A DNA stretch of 61,030 bases, the filler included, from Nemertoderma westbladi (Eukaryota > Animalia > Xenacoelomorpha): assembly GCA_032718475.1 (NCBI GenBank). It is 3 parts of 3 records of this genome, joined end to end, with 100 filler letters (N's around TTAATTAATTAA, not from the genome) between each part and the next. Parts side by side here need not be neighbours in the genome. Positions count along the whole stretch, not along the records: positions 49,579 to 61,030 come from JAUCBJ010002856.1; 2 more parts are not named here. One strand, written 5' to 3'. The notes beneath the pieces were generated by a model. That model made no database searches and was not told the origin of the DNA. It saw only the letters and a program-made list of their open reading frames with translations. The translations under genes were made by a program, and so were the position numbers. How positions within the stretch are numbered: the stretch's first letter is position 1; every line of letters starts with the position of its first letter. Positions 51,461-61,030 of the stretch are shown piece after piece.

Positions 51461-52629
51461 GATAAAACTAATACAGTAATAGGCCTAAATTATGTGAAAG
51501 GTATATCCACATTTTCCACAATCCTGCAATCCAGTTTGGCCTATCAATTATTTAAAATTTATTAGCACAACCGGTAGGCCTACCATTACCGTATTTAAAT
51601 GGTAGGCTACACAGTAGGCCTATAGCAGTACCGGTACCGGTACTAAAATACAGAAATACCTGCTTTATACCTACATCTGTACATACAATACAGCAAAATA
51701 GTGCTATATATACTAATACCGGTACTGATAGCCTGAGAGAACAGCAGTAGAGAAACCGGTAGCATGGAACCTAACATTAGACTTTTGGAGGACATAAAAA
51801 ATAAAAAAAAAGGACAAAAAAAGGATTTAAACGGACAATAAAAATTATTGCGTTTAGTTATCGAGTTATCATTGAATCTATTTTAGTTATCGAGTTATAG
51901 TTTAGTTTAGTTTAGTTTAATTACGCCAGTATCAATAAATTATGTCTCACAAGTCAAACATACAAACACAAATGACAGAAATAAAGATAATCCATGATTA
52001 GGACAAATTTACAGTAAAATTAAATTTCAATATGAAGTTAATTTACGTACGTACTGTAATGTAATATATACACGTTCTGTTATACAGTCTGCATTGCACC
52101 AAGAAAAATACTTATACATATTCAGATATTATGAACAATTGGTTTTTCGCAATGGCTGGCAAGTTACGCAGTTGCGTTTTAGGGCGGGAATAAAATATAA
52201 ATAAAAAATAGATTAATTAATTAAAGATACAATTCGATAAAATATAAATAAAAAAAATAGATTAATTAATTAAAGATAAAATTCGATAATAAAAAATAAA
52301 TATTAAGTCAAGACAAGAAATATATTCCTCGAACCAGCCACATATGTAATGTAATCATTAGATTTACAGTATATTTCTAAATTCATTGCAATATTCGAAG
52401 ATTCTGCCAAGTTACGCAATTGCATTTAAAAGCCGGGAAAACAAAATTAAAAGAAAAACTTATGTAATAATGCTTTAATTATATTTATAAAAAAATCATA
52501 GATGTATAAAAATTGCAGGTGTGGAAATAAAATATATGAATAAAATTCGAGAAAAATTAAGATATACTATAGGTAGGCCTATGTATGTATCAAGGGTTAA
52601 AAGTTTGATGGAAATAAAATGAAATAATT

Positions 52630-52860
52630 ACTTAAAAGAAGTATCTGTCAACTGAAAATAAAAGGCTGTTATCTTGACGTGCGGGAGAGTCGTCATAAAT
52701 GTTCATAATAGTTGGCATGAAGCGATCGAGCCCTATTTTAAAAGCATTCACGGTGGTCGCGGTTACAACGTCGTTGGGTAACCGGTTCCAGACGTTTACC
52801 ACTCGGTTTGCGAATGAGTTTTTGCAAACGAGCAAGTTCTTATTGAGGGCCTGTTTGTGT
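52630..52860 (-). mobile_element. CR1/L2-type LINE 3' fragment
   Basis: KNSFANRVVNVWNRLPNDVVTATTVNAFKIGLDRF is the typical ORF2 C-terminus of this group. Confidence 0.8.
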
Positions 52861-53869
52861 ATCATTGAACCTGTTATCATTGAATCTCTGTCTGCAAATC
52901 CGTCCGCTAAAATATAAAACAGAGAGAACCGATAGACTAGATTCCACCAAATATTGAAATTGATATCAGAAATTAATCAGCGATTTACGAGGGAAGATTT
53001 AACATTGAAGGCAATTATCTTGGAAGACATTTTGCACCCGAAAATACTACTCCTCCGCCATTTCATAACCGTATTTTGATATGCAGTATTTGCTATAGTA
53101 TACTGCATTATACAGTATGCTGGTGCCAAAAAGTGTAGTATCCATAAATGAAAATAAATGGAAAATATACTGATATAGGAGTGTTCTTAGTTCTCACGCA
53201 GGCCGCTGCGGCAAAACAAGTGGTGAAAATGGATAACTGCTATTGGAAAATGGATATTTGAATTCTAAAAATTACTTTCAATTGCAAACTCACTCCGTCA
53301 TGAATATCTACCGAAATTGCCTAACAAAATCGCCACTTTCTTTAAGAGTAAGTTACACGTAATCTCAGCTGCTTCTTAGGATGGGAGGTGGGGTCTCTCT
53401 CGGTGACCTACTTATTGGAGGCCTTTATTATTATAAAATTCTTGAATTGCCTTTAGTTGTAACAATTATTGAAATATTGATTACACTGTAACGCCGCAGG
53501 ATCCGCAGCTTTTAAAAGATGCAATAATAGCCAATAGCCAATCATGTGGCAGTAATATGCAATATTGATCCTTCCTCATCCATAACTAACGTAATTGAGA
53601 CAAAATTAAGCCTTGTTGTCGTACTCATCTCAGTAAGATAAGTGGACATCATCATATGCGAGTGTACAGCATCTTATTATTTGTAGGTAAGGAAAGGTCA
53701 TCTCTGATGGCCTTTAAGACGACCTGTCCTAATATCGATGTCCTGTATATTTAAGATTAACAAAAATGACATGAACTTACGTTATTGGTGGGCACGAAAC
53801 ACCAGAGGCTTCTATCTCTCTGGGTAGTTACATGAAAGGCATGGAGGTTGCCCGCCACCAATGCTCTCC

Positions 53870-54356
53870 CAATACAACTCCTTTATTTTGGTTATATATT
53901 CACTACCCCAAATATCCAATATCCATTACAGTTGTATAACAGGGTATCAAATCACCAAATCTCTGGATGGCACATTCACAAGAATGCTACGCCGGGTTCA
54001 CTGTGTCAAGTACAATGCACACATCTCCAACCAGACACTATATAACATTGGAAGTGTCTCAATGTTCCCCCAAGCTTGACACTAGAAGAAAGCCGCCTCC
54101 GCTTTGCTTTCGCCGTGAGGACCAGCCAGTGCATAATCTTGTGCTTTGGCAGCCCCATGGAGTGAAAAGGCATGGTGGACACTGGACAGCCCATGACTTT
54201 CTTGAGACGCATCGTGAAGGACACAGGCCTTGAAGATGCGGATGATCTAGCAAATGTCATGGATGAAAGAGAGTTGTAGCGGCGTAATTTTGTCGACAAG
54301 CCGGCACAGCATTCTTCAAAAATGCAGCTGCAATGCAGCATGCCGATCCTAGTAGT
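53870..54356 (+). mobile_element. RTE-like LINE 3' fragment
   Basis: LDGTFTRMLRRV...HISNQTLY, then CFRREDQPVHNLVLWQP; ends GCATGCCGATCCTAGTAG. Homologous to 5101-5400. Confidence 0.8.
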
Positions 54357-54977
54357 CGTATCGACAACTGCAACGAAATCACGAGCACATTACAACAATG
54401 ACTACTTGTTTATGACTACGTGGTTAATTTTGAAGATAATTTATCAACTAATATAGGCTACATCTCGTTCGAATCTGAGAGCGCTAAATATGTTAATGTA
54501 AATTAGACAGCCTTGTCCTTGGAAAGTTCAATGCCATTATCAAATTAAATAGAGTAAATTGAAAGACAGGCAAAACCATTCATCATAAGGGCCTGAGGCC
54601 AACATCCAAGCAAGTTGGTTAAACAAATTACTTACCCAAACATACTTAAATGTGGTACCGGTAGCACACAAATGTCAAGGGAATTTGCAAGAGCGGGTCA
54701 AGGCAAGGGAGAACTAGGTGTATTATAGTATGAAGGACAGGATACAGTACTGTAGTAAAGGCAGGGGGATGCTGAAAGGAATCAAACCAGCACTGATATA
54801 AATGCAGCCCTGATAATATCCGATGCGGCTACCAGATATCCTGGACACTAGAGAGGCTTAATTAAAATTTAAAACACCAAAAATGCATCTTCCTTCCTTC
54901 AAAGTTAATTTCCTTGCAAATTATTTATCACAGAAGCGGTCGCCTGAAGGGGTAAAGATATGTAAAAATATGTTCCT

Positions 54978-55535
54978 GTACACGGGAACATACTGTACGA
55001 GAACATAATGAACGGGAACACACTCAACGGGAACACACTGTATGGGAACATATATACTGTACGGGAACATACTGTACGGGAACATACCGTATGAGAACAT
55101 ACTGTACGGGAACATACTGTACGGGAACATACTGTACTGGAACATACTGTACGGGAACACACTCCACGGCAACACACTATACGGCAACATATATATACTG
55201 TATGGGAACATATTGCACGGGAACATACCGTATGAGAACATACTGTACGGGAACATACTGTACGGGAACACACTCTACGGGAACACACTGTACGGGAACA
55301 TATATACTGTATGGGAACATACTGTACCGGAACATACCGCATGAGAACATACTGTACGGGAACATACTGTACGGGAACATACTGCGCGGGGACATACTGG
55401 ACGGGAACATACTGTACGGGAACATACTGTGCGGGAACATACAGTACTGGAACACAATGTACGGGAACATAATGTATGGGAACAGATTGTACGGGAACAC
55501 ACTGTACGGGAACATACTGTACGGGAACACACTGT
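54978..55535. repeat. 15-bp tandem repeat
   Basis: GGGAACATACTGTAC units; all overlapping ORFs are repeat translations. Confidence 0.95.
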
Positions 55536-56044
55536 CCTGTTGTCGAGGAGGTTGCCTGTCTGCCCTCCCATCGAGACTGGCCCCTTACCAAGCCTTTACC
55601 ACTACAGGTGGACTACAGTATGACCACGAGATGTAAACTTTTTCTAGCGGGCGAGGGTTAATGATGCATCAAAGAGTCTCAAAATGATAAAAGCTTTTGG
55701 TAGGCCTATCCATGTAAATTTTATTGCGCAAAATATCCTAATCAGTATTCATCTCGCCTTCTTCGACTAAACAATAGTACTATTTACATGGGGTGTAGGG
55801 GGGGGGGGGGGGGGGGGGGGGGGGAGTGTGTAGGTGGTGTGTGCTGACATGGAACTACTTTGCCTCTCCGGACTAGGTTGTACCATATGGCAGGTATAAT
55901 ATGGGAGGTAGAATACCATGGGGGTGTTCTAACAATGCTAAAACGGTAGACTTCCTGCCGCCTCTATGAAAAGTGTTACGTCTATCTGACAGTATAATAT
56001 ATCGTTAACTATGTTGGCCGGACGGATTTGACGAAACCCTTTTG

Positions 56045-56257
56045 TAGAGGCGTAGCGAGCCCTTCTGGCGCCCGGGGGAATGAAGCTGAGATAGCCCCCC
56101 CCCCCCCCCCCCACCCCCTTCTATAATTTTATATTTTCATTTATGATCATTTATATTTAATATTATATAACAGTATATAATATTTAAAAAAACGTCTCAC
56201 GTCTTCAGCGCCCCTGGGTGAATGCGCCCGGGGGATTCCCCCCTCGCTACGCCTCTG
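56045..56257. mobile_element. hAT-type MITE with 8-bp TSD
   Basis: CCCTTTTG|TAGAGGCGTAGCGAG ... CTCGCTACGCCTCTG|CCCTTTTG. Confidence 0.9.
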
Positions 56258-57184
56258 CCCTTTTGAGCCAAAAAATAAAGAAAATTGGTTGAAAATGGCG
56301 ATGGAGTAGTAATATGAAAAATAAAAATGTCATTCCGAGATAATTAAAATCAAATTTTAAACATCCCCGCTAAAACCGGATGTCTGTTGTCTGGTTGGTT
56401 ACGGTAATCATTTGTGGCACGACGGAAGCGCACCACCACGCTAAAACTTTCATTACTCGCTGATTGCATTTCAGATATCAGTTTTTAAGGCACATCGCAC
56501 GCAAATGTTAACCAAAAGCCAAACTTTAAAATGTCGGGCCTGTCGAGAGAAACCGAATTTATAAATAATAAAAAATGGGTTTGAGGCGTTTGACGATTTA
56601 CTATTCTAAATTTTTATTGATCCTCCCAGCCTCAAAAAACGCAAATACATAATTAAATGCCACACAAGTTTGTGGTTTAATTTTTCTGTGCACAATACTG
56701 TAAGTTGGTTAGCAAAATAACACTTTTAATTTGGGACTTTGGTAGGGTTAATAGCATTAAAATCATGGAAAGTTATCAGTAGGGCCTGCATTTTTAGAAA
56801 TTGGAAATTAGAATGTCCCATACTTTACAAAAAATTACATTTTGTTTTATAAAAAGCTAAAAGTTAGAAGTATACTTTCAGAAGTAAAGTACGGGACAAC
56901 AAATTGAATGACATGGCTTTATTTCAAATTTAAGTAGTTTTTCTGTAAGAAATGCACTTGTGTAACATCTGCTTACAAATTACTTTCAGTTTATACAAAC
57001 TTTAGTAGTATTCAGTCTGATCAAGGAGCACATTCAGTGATTCAGACATTATTAGGTCAGGTCTGTCATCCCACGCCGTATAATATCATTCATAATTCAG
57101 CGTAGGTGCTAAAATGCACAACGAGCAACAATGAGCAACATGAGCAATGAGCTCATTGTTGCTCGTGCTTATTGTTGATCGTTG

Positions 57185-57860
57185 TTCCTCATTGTTGCGC
57201 GTTGTTGTACTTTATCATTGCTCATAGTTGCGCATTGTTGTAGTTTATCATTGCTCATTTTTGCGCATTGTTGTACTTTATCATTGCTCATTGTTGCGCA
57301 TTGTTGTACTTTATCATTGCTCATTGTCGCGCATTGTTGTACTTTATCATTGCTCATTGTTGCGCATTGTTGTACTTTATCATTGCTCATTGTTGCGCAT
57401 TGTTGTACTTTATCATTGCTCATTGTTGCGCATTGTTGTACTTTATCATTGCTCATTGTTGCGCATTGTTGTACTTTATCATTGCTCATTTTTGCGCATT
57501 GTTGTACTTTATCATTGCTCATTGTTGCGCATTGTTGTACTTTATCATTGCTCATTGTTGCGCATTGTTGTACTTTATCATTGCTCATTGTTGCGCATTG
57601 TTGTACTTTATCATTGCTCATTGTTGCGCATTGTTGTACTTTATCATTGCTCATTGTCGCGCATTGTTGTACTTTATCATTGCTCATTGTTGCGCATTGT
57701 TGTACTTTATCATTGCTCATTGTTGCGCATTGTTGTACTTTATCATTGCTCATTGTTGCGCATTGTTGTACTTTATCATTGCTCATTGTTGCGCATTGTT
57801 GTATTTTATCATTGCTCATTGTGGCGCATTGTTGTACAATATCATTGCTCATTGTTGCTT
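57185..57860. repeat. 33-bp highly homogeneous tandem array (~20 copies)
   Basis: Unit CATTGTTGTACTTTATCATTGCTCATTGTTGCG. Confidence 0.96.
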
Positions 57861-59906
57861 CTTGTTGCTCGCCGTTGCTCGTTAGCAGGTTACATACAGT
57901 TATTCTAATCAAAACAATAAACAAGAGTCAATCGGACAAGATACAGTTTTATTTTGGCTCGTTTGTGCATCGATTTGCATGGGAGAGGTTTCCATTTTGA
58001 TGGCGATGAGAAAGTCCCCCTTAGCAGAATTATAGAGTCTCTGAAGGTACAGATTTTTTAGTTTAAGTCTCTGTTCTATTATCCATCAAATATATTTAAA
58101 AGTAAATGTTCGCCATTTATAGTGAAATAAAGTGGCTTTCACTTCACTTCTTGTAATTGGAATAATGTAGAACAATCCTTATTTCTGAAACGTTGGATAT
58201 ACATCGGTTGAAAAGGCAATTTTGTAGAATAAAAGGATGTTATTCATAAAGAAGGCCTAAGCCGTTTCTGCAAAATATTGTAATGATAAATAGAACTGTA
58301 ATATATATATATGATATCAAATATTAATAAGTAATATGTATTACATATGTATTTACTGTGAGAGTATTGGCAATTTAATTTTTATTTAATTCAATTATAT
58401 ATACTTTCTTTAAGTACTTGTGAATTTTATATATCGGGATATGGTGGCTTACCCAAGGTAGTGTTACACGCTGTACAATCAAATATTTTCAAATGATATC
58501 CCTATAGAAGGAGTTAGGGGGGAGGGGGGTGGGTGGGTATTTCTAACCAAAACAATAAACTAGTTTATATTTCTATTGGTGTCTAAGATTCCCCTTACTG
58601 TATAGAATTTAACCACCCGAATATGAATAAACTGTGAATAAAAAATATGAATAAACTTTGTTTTGGACTAACTGAAGGTGAGGAGGAAGCCAGAGGTGAT
58701 TGCAATCAAATAATAAGAACCAATGCAACAAACACTGAAACACAGTGGCCAGGAGAATACCGTAGTAAGTAAGGACCCATAGCGACAACAGTGGCCTAGT
58801 CGTGCAGGTACTAATCGATAATGCATTGTGTGAGCTAAATGTATTCAGAGTGGTTTCCGTCTGTAGGGAGTGAGGGGTGTGACTGGCATGTGCGTGCAGG
58901 TATATAAATCAACTCTTGGTCCAGAATCCAGGAGCTGTTAACTGAACTCAGCTAACACACGGGGATCGCGAATGGAATAACAATTTTGAAATTAGTTTTA
59001 ACTAAATTGTGCATAGAGAGGAAGGTGAGACAGATTTTGCTTCCATCCGCGTATTAAAGGCCATATACCGCTACGCATTTACTTTACGCACTAAAATAGA
59101 AAAGGGTGGAAATTACATCCAGTGTAACTTTTACTTAGGGTCTTTATTCCGAGTGGGATTTTTCATTTACTTCCCATAATCCATATGAAGTGGGTAAGAT
59201 TCCGAGTTTGGGTGGAACACAGCCAAGGCGACCTCTATACAAGGCCATGCAGCCCAATAAAGGCAGAAATTTGCTTAGGCTGAAAACTTCTAGGACTTCT
59301 AAAACATTAGAACCACTGGGTTTTAACCCTCTACTGCATGAATTATCGTTTTTATGTTTGAAATTGTTTTTGCAATGTTTTTCCTGCACAAATTAGTTCA
59401 AAATATACAAAAACTGATAAAAAAATTAAAAAAATAATTATTCACTAATTTTTCGAAATTGTACTGCATGTAGTTCAGTAGTTATAGGTTCAAAATTTGT
59501 AGCAAATATGCTACACTTTATACTTTAGAACTGAAAGTGACTGACTAGACTGTAGTCTAATGCAATAAACCGTTAACGGTACATGGGAGCTGCTGTATAC
59601 TGTGTGGTGTATAATTGTCTGTATGTCGGACTGTCAGTCAAAAAATAAGAAATCACACCACTAAACTGAGGTTTTCGTTAAATGGGGTTTCATGGTTGGT
59701 GATTTTATTTCAGATGTTAATTTTTAGGTTTAGAGGAATCTAGACCGATTTTAAACTTGTATGTATGTCTGTCAGTCTTTCTGTCCGTCTGTCTGTCAAG
59801 AAATAAGGAAGCATACCACAAATGTAAAATTATTAAATTTATTAACTAACTAACTAACTTAATTATTAAAAATTAATTTATTAATTTATTAAATTATGTA
59901 AAAGTA

Positions 59907-61030
59907 TTAACAATTAAATTTAGCACGTTTTTGTGGCACCGAAACAGAGTCATCCATTGTTTGTTTACTCAAATTGTTAATCAAAATATTAACCAGAGTA
60001 CGAATAAGTTTGTTACTGTATGTGACATCATCATTCGTCACATACGAATTGACAAACCTGAAAAGGGCAAGGAGGCGCTTCCTACAAAGTAACTCCCTAC
60101 TAGGAACGTTCATGAAGAAGGAATAACAACACAACACAAAGATATATAAACTGTTGTCAGGCAATGAAAGCCTCCCTCGATTTATAGACTCAAAGTATCC
60201 AACAACTGTAGTACTGAGGCTTGTTGGCTTATCCACCGAGATTATCTTTGATTTAAATGAGCAATACCCAGCGATATATAACAGTACTGCCTTCTCGGAT
60301 TCGCTCAGATCATCTACGAGTATGGGAATAATATCAACAATATCAAGTTCATCTTTAGTAAGTGGTAAGAAACAATTGGTGCAGTTGTGTTCAGACGATG
60401 GCCCAGAAATGTCAGGAAGAGCATGCAAGGTGGCCAGCACTTTGGCTGAGTTTATGGCTGAAAATTCGAAGACTTGCTGAACGCTGACGTAATAACATCC
60501 ACCAAAGGCTTGGCGAATTTTACCAAAAAACTCCTCAAGGAAATCACTCTGAAACAAGCCAGTTATGACAAACTTGTGGCTATAAGGAGATGGTAGGTCT
60601 AAAAGATGCCGAATTAAATCGCACAGGCATTTGGTTGACCAATGTAGAGAGGTAGCTGTTTCCACTGTGAAGGTTTCAACACGTGATTTATTAGAGGTAG
60701 GCTTCATAGAAGCAAACATATCCGCCATATCAGACAGAAAGTCCAATCGTGGGTCGGCTTTGGAACTGAATACATATCGAGCTCCATCATTATATCTGGG
60801 ACCAGCTGATGGGGCTTTGATATTAACTATTTTCCACCACTCAAGTATCAATTCAATAAAGACAACAGTTCCAACAGAGGCGTACTGATTATTGTCAATA
60901 GGAAATGTTTTAAGGGCAGCTAATGTCTTGTCTGAGAAAACTTTGGCAGCAAGCTTGACATTCTGCCGTTGTATTTTCGATGGTTGAATGGAAGACAGAG
61001 TTAGTTCCGATGCTTTTACCAAGATTGTTT
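59907..61030 (-). CDS. P-element/THAP9-family transposase, C-terminal part (N-terminus outside window)
   Basis: RQNVKLAAKVFS, WWKIVNIK, FQSDFLEEFFGKIRQAFGG, LLYIAGY and NRGRLSLP are P-superfamily motifs; uninterrupted for 371 codons. Confidence 0.9.
   Translation of the reverse strand, partial: TILVKASELTLSSIQPSKIQRQNVKLAAKVFSDKTLAALKTFPIDNNQYASVGTVVFIELILEWWKIVNIKAPSAGPRYNDGARYVFSSKADPRLDFLSDMADMFASMKPTSNKSRVETFTVETATSLHWSTKCLCDLIRHLLDLPSPYSHKFVITGLFQSDFLEEFFGKIRQAFGGCYYVSVQQVFEFSAINSAKVLATLHALPDISGPSSEHNCTNCFLPLTKDELDIVDIIPILVDDLSESEKAVLLYIAGYCSFKSKIISVDKPTSLSTTVVGYFESINRGRLSLPDNSLYIFVLCCYSFFMNVPSRELLCRKRLLALFRFVNSYVTNDDVTYSNKLIRTLVNILINNLSKQTMDDSVSVPQKRAKFNC

Noticed and set aside
54905-55661. 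Cys/Tyr-rich pentapeptide-repeat ORFs
   Set aside because: Open in many frames on both strands only because the 15-bp unit lacks stops.

Overview
AT-rich, repeat-dense metazoan (invertebrate-like) genomic DNA, not prokaryotic: no CRISPR array, operon or rRNA is visible. The window is three contigs (1-28026, 28127-49478, 49579-61030) joined by two identical 100-nt spacers (44 N + TTAATTAATTAA + 44 N), so adjacency across the joins is unverified. Host genes: an intronless SLC22-family transporter (minus), the first two coding exons of a KLF6/KLF7-type zinc-finger factor (plus; the ORF track does not join them) and an intronless CYP2-clan P450 cut by a gap. The rest is mostly mobile DNA: a pol-deleted BEL/Pao LTR element nested in a MITE, an unclassified LTR-like element with a long leader and Gag-like ORF, a P-element/THAP9-type transposase, several LINE fragments, two tRNA-derived SINE families, nested MITEs (TA, TTAA and 8-bp target duplications) and many tandem arrays. 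I cannot demonstrate a new biological system. The best leads are compact structured RNA modules at retroposon 3' ends, a BEL element with AGTTGAAACC repeats in place of a tRNA primer site, and the unclassified Gag-like element. All family calls come from motif recognition by eye; no searches were run.
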